Shown piece by piece: positions 26,850-38,590 of a DNA stretch of 64,000 nt. How positions within the stretch are numbered: position 1 is the stretch's first letter; each line of letters starts with the position of its first letter. The notes beneath the pieces were generated by a model, which searched no databases, was not told the DNA's origin, and was given only the letters and a program-made list of their open reading frames with translations. The position numbers and the translations under genes are program-made. Source of the stretch: Amphiscolops sp. MND2022 (lineage: Eukaryota); the NCBI GenBank assembly GCA_964187785.1, contig OZ076409.1, positions 62,932,001 to 62,996,000 of the forward strand. Direction: 5' to 3'.

Positions 26850-27298
26850 GGAAACAAAACGTCTCCAAATTATCCTACAGGTGGATAAAAATCACCAAGA
26901 ATTTCTGAAGAAAAGATATCATTTTAAAAAAAATTACGGAATATGAACGCAGAATATTCGAGAAGAAATCAATAACGTCATTACGTCAATAACCGAGAAA
27001 GAAACGGAAGATAAAATTAGAAACTTTTCCTACAAGTTTCAGCCAATCATAGCGCAGTTGGAAAGACTTTCCTTTTCTTAAATCAAGACGCATCGAAACG
27101 GAAACGGAAAAACCAACCAATAGAATTTCAATGAAAATCACGAAGGAAAGAATTTGAAACGTTCACTTGTCGTCCAATTTTCACAGAAGCTTGACCAGCT
27201 TATAATTTTCTGAACTTTCTGAAGGATTATAAGAAATCTTTGCTAACAAACGGCCTGCAATCTCTCCAAATTAGTTCTCAGCAGTTTCTCCCACTAAA
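26850..27298. promoter_or_regulatory. Candidate internal bidirectional promoter of element B
   Basis: Lies between two divergent ORFs; two ACGTCA CRE-like half sites (26975, 26983), CCAAT boxes (about 27043 and 27117), CGGAA motifs. Confidence 0.45.
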
Positions 27299-28144
27299 AT
27301 GAACGGCTATTCGTTAGTTATCAACATCTCGTCAGATGAGGAAATCAATAAAAAAAGCACGCCGCTAAAAACTCTGCCTCTTAACATGGTGGGATATATA
27401 AGTGATTCCTCCGTCGAAGTTTATCGCGGAAGCGATGCGGAACTAAACTCCACTTTCGAGTCACCTGAAAAAGCGGCACCGACGCCTAAGAAGAAAAGAA
27501 GAACAGGAAAAGTCACTTTCAACCTACCAACAGCGGACTCTGACACGGATTATTAGGAGGAGCCAGACTCCCCGCAATGCCTGCCTTCCCCAATAAGACG
27601 CACACCTGTTCTAAAGGAGGCAGAAAATATCCTTGTTCTGGGAAATGAAAGAGCTCCAAACGCAGTCAAACTGAACGACTTAAATGAGCCTTCATTGGTA
27701 GAATTGGAAGCTCTATACAGCTTAGGCTTAGAAGACCGATGCTATCTCGCATCCTTAGGCCGCGGGCGTGGACGACACACAATGAATATAAAGCAGCCAC
27801 ATCTAAAAGAAAATCTTCATCCTGACGGCATAGCTGGACCACCCGAGTGCTGTCCGGAGGAAATAGAACGGCTGGAGAAAGAAGTCCGTGAGTTGGACGA
27901 GGAAGAAAGAAAAATTAGGGACATGAAGGCGGGAAGAGGACGTGGCCCCCTACAGTCAAGAAAATACAATGGTCGCCCCCCTGTAATAATAAGGAAAGAA
28001 ATCCCGCACTGCTACGCTTTACCCTTGTCACTCGCATCAAGAGGGGCCCTGGCACGACCCGCTCCCGGTCGTAATTTCACCTGTTGCAGTAGCATCACAG
28101 TATTTGGTAGAGGCCGGGGACAAGGCCGAGGTAACTATCATTGA
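27299..28144 (+). pseudogene. Accessory sense ORF of element B with NLS-like and RGRGRG motifs, running into the 3' LTR (one internal stop)
   Basis: ORFs 27299-27556 and 27695-28144 are in the same frame and separated by a single TAG; PKKKRR, GRGRGR, short coiled-coil EEIERLEKEVRELDEEERKIR. Confidence 0.65.
28039..28049 (+). promoter_or_regulatory. Polypurine tract of element B
   Basis: AAGAGGGGCCC immediately before the 3' LTR. Confidence 0.65.
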
Positions 28145-30330
28145 ACTTAGAAACTTTGATAAACTAACCTAAACTCTCTTTGCAGTACAGCTGAATTAAA
28201 TGCAAAAAATTCCCCAAATGCGAAAACCCAACGTAAGCGTTACGGAATTTTTTTCAGAAATGATTCTAGACTAGCTAAAACTTCCGGTCAAATATTTTCA
28301 CGCGTAATGCTACTCTCATTTCCAGTATTGTCTTCTGAATTTAGCCATACTAATCTAAACATTAAGACAGAAACATTCTCTAATCGGGATCATTTTTCTT
28401 CTGTTCCACACTAAAATGAAAACATCGAAAATAATATTCAACTCCGAGATCCCAACGGAGTACATACGATCTAAAGTGAAAGAACATACAAACAGAATAG
28501 TGGAAGTGTTTTCCGGCGGTTAAATGGTTGTTAATATTCACTTAAGAATGCAATAAAGCAATTTAAGAGAATGTTTACAACATCTTGACTGCGTCACTCA
28601 ACTAAGCTGGTAATAGGTGTTTCTATTTTTACGGACCAATAGCGTCGCTCCTTTAGTTGGATTATTTGAGCTCGAGCTAATAGAAACCATGCTTGGTTGC
28701 CCCTAGCAACGCCAATTAGCTAATAGAAAGAATGAATTCGCCTACGCTCTCCGCTCTAACTCCGTCAGCCACCTCTGCTTGGCTATAGCTAATCTTAATA
28801 CGTACAGAGCAGCTACGGAACGGATTGTAAAATGGTATTCCGCCGGTCAGCTATAGTTGATCTCAATACGTACGGAGCACCTACGGAGCAATTCGTAAAA
28901 TAGTAGCGATGAAGCATTAGTTCAAACGGAAATCAAATAAGGTTTTTTCTGAATCGACGCACTTAAAGGATTCTGGAAATAAGTCCTCATGTAAAAGAAT
29001 GTACCGTTAAGAGGAGTTAAAACTATGATTGAAGGGTAACGATGCTGTGCTATTACAATAATCTCCTAAATCACGTTTATTTTACGTTACATTAAGAGTT
29101 TTTATGTATTTAGTAATTAGTGGCTTATCGCTAAAATATTTCACAGAACGTAACGTAAGGTTAACGTCAAATCCAATCCCAGTGCTATTCTTGCAGGATA
29201 ACTGTTTTATTTATTCATATACGATGTTCATTCGGATGCAAAGTAATTGTTGTCTGCGGGTGTATTTTTTCCTACCAATTTGTACTTCGTAGTTTGTACT
29301 TGTTACGTTATGGCCACGTATAGGTCAAGTTTGAGTTTACTGTAGATGCAGTTGTTTGGTTTACACAAATTAATTGTTGGTCATCATTATATTTTTCTTA
29401 GCATTGCTTGTTCCTCAAAAATATCCAAATATCCGCGTTCTCAAATTCCCTTTGCTCCGTTTCAGTTCCGCTACAATTTTTGCGAGTAATTCTTTTGCTT
29501 CGAATCTCAACTTTCTTGAGTTAGGAAATGTCTAATCGATCACGCCGGCGTGCCTACGCCGATGAAAGTTTAAGTTATACTTTCATTTTAATGGCAATTT
29601 TAAGGCTTAAACAGGAAATGGATCGCCTGAACAAAATTGATTTCAACGGAGTTTTACGGAATACTGACGCAACTAGGAATTTTGATACCTGATTTCATGA
29701 CGCGGGAGTGAAATAATTTGAATCATTAGCGCTTTTTGATGAACAAACCCGATTTAATGATACCTAGGAAATTTTAGGTGAGGAACAAATGATGCTAAGA
29801 AGGTATAAATGCTTAGACAAGACATGTAAAGTTAGTTAGTTAACTTTGTAAGTTGTAATAAACTTAAATTGTTCCGTTGCTCTAACGCTAAACAAAAATC
29901 TCCTTCGAAGAATTCACCTCTTGCCGAAGACCTTACTTTTCAACGATAAAAATGACAACTAGAAGTCAGAAAAGGAAAGCTGTAGCTGAGTTAGTTTCTG
30001 GAGATTTTGAAACCTCTGTAACCGAAAACTCTCCCTCTGAAAACCTCATAGCTAGCTCTAGTAAAGTTCCTAGAATAGAACCTGAGAGTCTGATTGAGAT
30101 AAAAACGTCTCTAAGGAAAGAAATCATGTCTGATCTAACTAAAATACTTGCAGAAAACCAAAAGGAAATGCTTAAACTGATAGCACCTTTAAACAAGAAA
30201 CAAACTGTCCACATGAATGTTCAAGACTCTGACTCTGAACCTGAGAATGCCTCCGTAACAAGGACGTCTACACCCGTCAAAATTCATACTGCGACTAACT
30301 CTAAAACAACACTGGTAAATAGTCGTAACA
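28050..30330 (+). repeat. 3' LTR of element B (2281 bp), including a duplicate of the gag N-terminus (29952-30330)
   Basis: Direct repeat of 13866-16145 with scattered substitutions; followed by TSD CCAAC. Confidence 0.96.
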
Positions 30331-30656
30331 CCAACGGAAACCTAGAACAAATAACGACAAGAAACCTGGTACGAATAAGATCAAATAACCCTGTAGTAAG
30401 GTACGGTAATCCGTTATTTTATTTGTTACATGTAACACCGGACAACTGCTAAGTAAAATGATGGTCCAGAGTACAGATTGAAAAAATCATAGCAGGAGAA
30501 ATACGGTGTATTTACCGAACATCAAAAACGTTTACATCTGATAGGGAGCTATGGTATTTGGCGGTTGACACCTGTAGCTTGAAGAAACTACGTACTCATA
30601 TTAATGCTAGTTTTGCGTATTTGTACATTACATCATCATTGGAAAAAAGGTAATGT

Positions 30657-31366
30657 TGTAACGTCAAGCTAGCAGCCACATCTTAGAGACGGGACGATGC
30701 CTAGATTGCCTGAACAGGAGAACGTTGCCTTAACACAACCTAGACACTAGTTTTCAGTCCCAAAGCGGTCTCCTAGGAGACTTCTCCAAACGTCTTAGGA
30801 GACTCCTCATATGAGAGCTCCGTGGCAACGTGCCGGCGCACTCAATGTCCGGACACGTCCTACAAGCATGTAAAAACATTCCTCAAGCTTTCTGCGAGTT
30901 CCTACATACTTCCGAGGTCCAAAAAGGGTATCTAGCTGAAATACATTGTATTTGGGAATAAGGACTAAAATCAAGACCTAGCAGGTCAAGCATCACCCAA
31001 ATACCTGCATACGGCAACAAATAGATAGAAATCATCTCAATTAACATTACAGTTCGAATTTGATCTGTTCCTGGCATCGGGCATCATTCTGCATCTTCGG
31101 TGCAAAATGGTTTATTTTGGCATTTCTCGGGTGGAAATGGCACATCACTGGGTATTGCTCTGTCGCTGCTTCCGGATATCTTCGAACGTCTGCTTCTACA
31201 GGTTTTTCAAACTCTTCGGGAGGGTTGGTGGTCTCGTGTGTGTTTTTTGTCACTTCTCTATGATTTCAAGGTTCTGCAAGTTCGGCTATTTTGACTCGCA
31301 CGTTTTTTGCCTCTTCATCAAATTTTTGGAGTCATCGAACTTTTGGATCGGATGCCTGACGTTACA
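30657..31366 (-). repeat. 3' LTR of element C
   Basis: TGTAACGT...ACGTTACA; direct repeat of 43259-43959. Confidence 0.93.
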
Positions 31367-32559
31367 TCCTCCGGGCCGTAGTTTCTCGTCCTCGGCAAAC
31401 GAGAAAGGGTGACAGCACTGACCCAGCGGGTCTTTAGCAACATTTTTCCAATTTATAGTACGATCTAATTATTCAAAGATTCAGCATCATTTTGGCATCA
31501 TTTTTGTAGCACTCGTTTTTCGGACAATCAAGAAGGTAAAAACCATGTTTCTGTAAAAACTCATTCGTTCAATTTTTAGTTTGAGTAAGTTCTTTTGAAG
31601 GGAGGTTACAGTTGGCGACACTCAAAAGGGAAATCGAGGAGAATTCTAATGTAAACTTATATATACTTTTTCACTTTGCAAGTAAGCAGGCACCAAGCTG
31701 GCACTTAAATACTTGGTAGTTACGAAATGCACAAAAGCACTTGAAGGGATTATTGCAGAAGTAATGATCTTTAAAGAGCGGTCGAAATTAACAGCAAAAT
31801 AAATAGCACCAATATGGACACACATAAAACATCGAAACAAATCACAAACGAGAGTCCATTTAGGCCATTGTGCTCCGAGGAGTGATTGGGGATCCATTTC
31901 AGTCACTGTGTTCATCTTATCTTTCGGGAATTATTCCATCGTCCATTCAAGTGTTGGAATGTCAGGTAGAACAAGCATTTCAGAAGCCGACGACCGTGGT
32001 ACTGGGACATATGACATCAGCCAGACAACAAACACGGGAATGCGCTTGCTCTATTGGAAACTTTCACGGTTATCACAGGCTGTGTCAATCGTTAGGAGGA
32101 CGGTGGTTTGAACACCACTAAGATTGAATTCATATCCGTCTCCTGTCACCTACGGTTTCACTATTGTGCTGCTGCTGACAGTAATTAGTTTCAAGCGATC
32201 TGAAGATAATATCTTGATTTCTTGTTTCATAAGTTAGATCCACATTGCTCAGAATATTGAAATGTAAAATTCGCAACGAAGAGAAAATTGATTGCACTAT
32301 GTACAGGCCATAGATATTACTATACTGCATCCACAGGTAGCATCTTTACTTCATGATATGAAGATATTGGAGATCGATTGGAGAGCCGCGCAAGGGCAAT
32401 GAAACAAGACATGGATGAAAACAAGTTGCATTCGTAGAATAAAACACTTTTACAAAAGGACACTTGAACAAAACCTAAATAAAACCAGAACTATGTAATT
32501 AAAAGACTGATTCGGCTAGGATAAAAACAACACTTTCTGGGTCATGTATTGGCAAGTTT

Positions 32560-35500
32560 AATGATTTGGCGATATCCATCGGGAGCGTATCAGCTAAATC
32601 AAGTAGACACAGATGAAGAATATGATGTAACAGTGGTTATTTGCTGGAAGCTCTAGTCTACAAGAAAGGAAAGTCATTTTCACAAGGCGCGTTCAAAAAT
32701 CGAGGCAAATGTAAACTTTTCCTACTGCATATCGTCGTCTGAAAATTGCTTTATGTAAAATTATAGCTAGTAGCTGTAACCAATGTTGAATATGGAGTTT
32801 TCCGCGAAATATATCAGTTAAGTGGAAACAAAAAGTGTTGTCAAACTCTACAAGTGTACGTAAATTCTCCAAACAAATTAATAGAGTTCCCGGAGACACT
32901 AGTGATGTTTCATCTAGGGAGATGACTAATAGCCACCAAGAAAGGTAGGGTGATACACATCTCCAGGAGGGGTAGTCACGCCATATTGTTCCCACAGCTG
33001 ATGTGCGGTGTTACAGCGTACCATTGCTACGTTTGAGTCTTCAGAATCTACGTTCCCAAACACCATCATTGATGGGAGTGGGCGAATTAGAGCCGCTAAC
33101 GTGAACTCTAATCCAATCTTTTCATGCCGCGTCCATTACTTGAAGCGATAGTCAGGTCAATCTGTAGATTATGTTTCATGCATTGCCTTCAAAGTACTTT
33201 TTAGTGGGGGAACCACACCTTGTCCAATGATAGAGTAAGTTTTTTCTACAGTTATCACTATACTATGTACTAATGGAACGTCTTGGTTTTTGACCTGAAT
33301 TGTAAAAATGTCTTGTTGTAGATGGTCCAATGCGTTCATGTCAACTAATTCATGGAAGGGAACATCGGCTCCCCGGGCCTATCTCTTGCCCGGTATTCTT
33401 ACTTCAACTAGGTTGACACAACTACAGGCGGATCCCGCGAAGCCGGTGGTTGTTCAGCATCCTGTTGATCTAGTGACATACATTTCGGTAAATTTGGCAA
33501 TGTCATTGCACGTTCTAAAGTTCTAGACTGAGCAAGTTCCTACTGAACAAAGTTCCTACTCTGTTTTTTGAGCCTCTCTGTGATCGAATGTATGGCCTGG
33601 TAGTTCTTCTAGTTGCTCTATTTGAAGCTGTACTTCCTCGTCTTCAAACAAGAGGTCTGCCTCTTGGACGACTTCTTTGTCTGGTAGTTCTATCTGATGT
33701 AAGCGGCGTTGCTAAGCTTTGACCTGGCGCTTGGTCTTCCCTGTCAGTTCCTTCCTCGGGAGGTTCTAGTCCTACTGAGCTGTCAGCTCGTGAATTACTG
33801 AATAGTGGGAAGCTGCGTAGTGTGTCTGTCAATGCTAGGTTCGACAACAATGGTGCCGAGGTACCCGTTGGAGAAGGTAAGAGACTGTTCGTTGGTTCAA
33901 GAAAAACCTCCACTTGATCTAAAAATAACGGTTCAGAGTCATCCAGTTCGGGGAAAACCACTGGTTGCTGCGTTTTCTCCACAGGTTGTTCATTTGGTTT
34001 ATGATCTGATTCGGAATCGGGCTGGTGGCCAAAGTGGCTGAACCGCCAACGAGGGATTCCTTGCTCCAATGCTGTCTGAGTGCGCGTTTGAATCGTTCGT
34101 GGTGGAACTGGTCTAGTCGGCTCTGCTTCGAATGATGCCTCTGGCAACTCTTCTGGAAGGAAGGAGTCGCGCGATATGTCTGATGCTCTGTTCATTGCTG
34201 TCTTCGACATATAGATCTGCGATAATGGCCACGTTCTGGTCTAACCCAAAGGGTTGATGAGATGCCTAATCCCATGGTGCGGGGACATGTTTCTTCAGGC
34301 GCTCAAAGTAACCTTCTGGCCTACAGCGTGAGCTTTTGCCTTCTAGTGTCTGTCAAACTTCCGTTTCTGTCGTATTTGCGCCTGGTGCGTGTTCCTTCGA
34401 ACAAGTTCATGAATTTCCTGCTGTCTAGCTAATAGGTGCTCCACAAATTGTTCCTTAGACTCGAACTCTCGCGCTGCGATTTCGGGGTAGAAGATAAGAG
34501 CGGAATGTATTTCTCAGCTCTATGCTGGGCGCATGTACGGCGAAAACCGGTTGTTGCGTGTCTAGTGGAAATCTAGGCACCCAAGACACCGTCTATGTGA
34601 TCATCCCAGTCTTGAATCCTACGAGACGTGTAGACTTGGAGCAGAGGAAGCAATTCTCGGTTTCGACGTTCTACTAGACCATTGCCTCTCGGGTTAGCGG
34701 GCGTAGATGTCACCTTGGTTACTCGCGATTGGCAATCCTTTGCTTCCTGATATTGTCTTGCAAAGTTTCAAATGGTCGAATTGTGACAAATCATTATTGT
34801 TGCTGCTATTGATGCATGCTTTGTAAAGGATAGCAAGGATTCCCAGCTGAATGTTTTGTCTGTTGGCACGTTAAGCGTGCCTAATGTGGTTAACTAGATC
34901 TCGCTTGATGCCTGGCCAAGTGTGGCGTTCTTGAATTCTTGCTAATACTTTACCTACGCCTTGGTGTCCTGATTCGTCGTGCGCTTTGTACAGGATTTCG
35001 TGTGGGTACAGCTGGTGCATAACTATCATACACGGTCGTACGTGCATCGCGCGTTGCTGCGGGAGGTAATTCACATAAAGAATGTCATCGGGATTCAGGA
35101 ACAGTAGGTCCTTCTTGTTATGGTAGTATCGTTTTGCAAAGTCCTGCACGTCTTCTGGGAACAATATGTCAACCAACGGCTCGTAGTTTATGAGTTTCTT
35201 CAACGCCAGAATGTGCACATCCCTGTTTTGAGCTAATTGTAGAAACTTCGAGCCACGCACTGTCGATTGATGCTCCTGTAGCTCTGTTCCAACTGGCCTG
35301 AGTACGTCGGCTTGATTCTGACACTGCGTAGGCAATCTACGCAACGCTAGGTAGCGTCTGTTGATGTCTAGACGTACCGATGGCACTTTGGTTGTTACGC
35401 TAAGGATACCTGTCGGCCTATCTTTTTCGGTTGATGTCGGAGTGGTATCCCCTTGTACCTGTGGGTATCATGGTATGGAATTCAAAGGTTGATCTGATGC

Positions 35501-38500
35501 TGGTTCTTCCTCTGGTCGCTTCTTCAAGATGTTAAAGCACAAGGAGGCGTGCTCGAGCTTCCGCTGGAAGCTCAGTGTGATTCGGTATGCAATTTTTGTG
35601 CTTGTCGAATAATGGCACGTTGGGGGGTTTCATAATCTTCCTGAGACATGAAACTAAATCACTTGCTCACTTCCGGTAGGGTCTCCCCAATCTTCTCCCG
35701 ATGCACGTAGTAGTTGGTCCCCTTGCTAAGACCGTCTGCATTTCTATGTTGCGTGCGTGGTCTGTGGAGAGTCTTGAAGTGGTTTTGATCGAGACGCGCT
35801 ATTCACCGTCCAATCATGGCCTGATCCATCGAATACGTCTCCAGCCATGAGAGAGCTTGGTTGTCCACGCGCAGCCTGAATTCTCGACCTGCAAGGTATG
35901 AAGGGAAAGTCTTGTTGAAATAGAATACTGCATACATTTCCAATTTTGGGGCGCCATAATTTAGTTGTGTTCGAGACAGTGACTTGCTATCATAAACGAT
36001 TGGACGAAGAATGGTTTTTCCATTGTATTCCTGCTCTTGGTGTAGGATTGCGACTACTGCAAGTGCACTGGTATCCGTATCCAAAACGAAACGTCCTCCT
36101 TCGTTAGGCGCTGTCAAAACTGTGGCATCAGCTAATGCCTGTTTCATTGAAACAAACGCTTCTTGATGCTTCTCGTTTCGGTAGAAGTGTTGGTTTTTCC
36201 TCAACAGTTCCTGAATCGATTGTACCTTAGCAGCGTGAAAAGGAATGACGTCTCAGTAGTAATTGGCGAATCCGAGGAAGCATCGTAGCTCTTCTTTATT
36301 CTTCGGGGGCATCCGGTCGTGGATCTTGCTGATTGCTGTCGGATCTGGTTTTATGCCTTCGGCTGACACTACACGTCCTAGGTAATTGGTTTTTGTGCGC
36401 ATGACATCACAATTCTCAGCTCGCATCTTGAAACCTGCCTCTAAGACACTCAAACACTTCTCTGAGTCTCATAAAGTGATCCTCGATAGTCTCTGTCGTT
36501 ATGACTATGTCGTCAATGTACGCCTTGACAATACTTCCGTGTCGTTGTTGAACTTTTTTAAAGCTCTGGTAATGGATCGTTGAAAAGTAGCCGATGCATT
36601 GCATAGCCTAAAAGGCATGCGCCGCCATTAGAACAGGACAAGCTCACACGCGAATGCAGTTTTCCTGCGGTCACCCTTTTTCAATGGAATCTGCCGAAAG
36701 GCCCACGCCATATCAATGCTAGTGATGATTGTTGCGTTCCCTACTCTCGAAAGATTCTCATCTATTCTAGGCAATAGAAATGCATCCTTCACTGTAACAT
36801 CCTTCAGCAGGCGGAAGTCACAGCAGAAGCGAAGATGGTCGGATTTCTTTTTTACCATGACTATCCCACTAGCCCACATCGAGTAGGAGGGTTGTATCAG
36901 ACCAAGATCACCAGGTTTTGCACTTCCTGATTGGCTTTTGGCGTTTTATCAGGGGACATTGGCCTAGCTTCTTCTCGGGGTGGTACAGTTCCGCATTTTT
37001 ATATTTTCAAATGTCGGATTTGTTTTTCATGAAAAGGTCTTCGTGCTCATTTCAGATACCTTCCAGTTTATCCTTTGCCTCTTTCCCCCAAGACGAAAGC
37101 TCGGAGGAGAGATCAGGGCCTTGGATTGGCTTCAGCAATTGTGTCTCTGTTCTTTTGCGTTTCTCATTTTCCGATAATTCAATTTCTGACAACTCGGTTG
37201 AAAACAAAAGGTTCTCTGCAAAAAAACTACATTCTCAACTTGTGTCCTTATCGAACTTCCTGTGTACTTGATTTATAAATTAAGCTGGAAGCTTCGAAGC
37301 ACCATTTTTGTCTTGAGTGAGAATAGAGTTTAACACAAAATTGGTGAGCACCGCTATTCCAATAACAGTTTGTTCCCTGATTCTTACCCTTTTTTGGCAG
37401 TTTGGTTTTTTAGGGCTAAGAAAACTACACCGTCTCCTTCCATGGAAGCTAGTGTATCTTCTGAAACGAATGATGAGCTGGACTTGAAGTTACATGGGTG
37501 CACCATTACATTACGAGAATGAAACTCATTTTGGTGCTGACTTATGATCTTCGCACGAACGATTTTCCGCTCGAAAGGCCCTAAAGTCACTTCCTCGGTA
37601 GAAATTACAAACGATGCTTCTTGGTCGCTAACCTCATGAACTGCTTCGAAGATACTAGGAGATTTAGGGTCTAGAATTGTCACTTTTAGGCAGTCAGGTC
37701 CACAAGCACGTTGTACGTACGCAAAAAGTTTCGACCCAGGAGAAACTCCTCTGAACCATTGTGATCAGCAATGACGACAAAATTGGTTTTCAGTGTATGT
37801 CCGCCTAGCTGGAAGCTTACGTCCTCGACAATGCCGAGAGCGATAATGCTCTTGCCGTTAGCGGCATATAGTTCAACGTGAAATTGCAAGACTCAGCTCA
37901 TGCGTGGATGCAATCTTCTTGTATGTAGTCAGTTAAAGAATGGAGACTCCTTAACCGGTGTCTATAATGCCGAAAAGTGGTATCGGCTTCTGTAGATGAT
38001 TGCCGAATGCTACAACCAGTGAGGCTCTCTCGTCAATCGGTGCCTCTCCTTGTGCATCCTGCACCCCAATGTTATAGTAGCGCAATTCATGCCTGCCTAA
38101 GTACAAGCCTCGCAGAAAGTGTCCTTCCAGGACAATAATCGCATCGAATCTCATATCGAAACCATCGACCATGATTGCTATGGGGACCGGCACGATTGGT
38201 TTGACCTTTTGTACCTGAGCTAGCATAGTCTCATCTTTTCTAGTGAAATGTGGCAATGGATTCGAGGCTATAGTCAGATTAGTGTTACGAAAAAGTTCCT
38301 GTGAGGCTACTAATGTAAGGTCCTAGTAGGACGCGCTTTTTGCTCTGCTGACAGCAGCGAAAGAATTGAGATCAAAGTCTCGGTGCAGTCAGGTGCCTGG
38401 GTTTCGAGCGTCCTGAGGATCTGTTTCTCACCGCATATCACGACTACGGGACGCGAAGACCTCCTTCCTCCGATGTCGAGATCACCCTCACTCGATTGTC

Positions 38501-38590
38501 TGAATCGGTGCATTCCTCGGGGATAATGACCGGAGCGTACAACGCCGCTTTCTAATATTCTTCCGTCGTTGCATTCTCGGGCATCAAACA
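32560..38590 (-). pseudogene. pol: pol of element C including macrodomain-like remnants (32560-33200)
   Basis: GIIDTG protease, LLGRNFL, RFCCDFR, AYIDDIVI, FVLDTDTS, HDESGHQG; WWLLVISLDETSLVSPGTLLICLENL homologous to A. Confidence 0.92.

Larger units (their letters stand above)
13866..30330 (+). mobile_element. Full-length 16.5-kb Ty3/Gypsy LTR retrotransposon B with 2.28-kb LTRs and extra genes
   Basis: LTR pair, 5-bp TSD CCAAC (13861-13865 and 30331-30335), PBS, PPT, gag-PR-RT-RH-IN order. Confidence 0.97.
8540..30656 (+). mobile_element. Highly decayed gypsy-like host element E (pieces about 8540-9222, 12359-13865, 30331-30656) into which D, B and C inserted
   Basis: Residual motifs AVADGLP (ADALSR-like), RIHSLMGRSRT (integrase zinc-finger region), RIRSNNPVVRYG (integrase tail); purine tract GGAAAAAAGGTAA followed by TGT at 30654. 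Confidence 0.45.

Noticed and set aside
29952..30452. 166-aa ORF as an independent gene
   Set aside because: It is the LTR-borne gag N-terminus reading into flanking DNA
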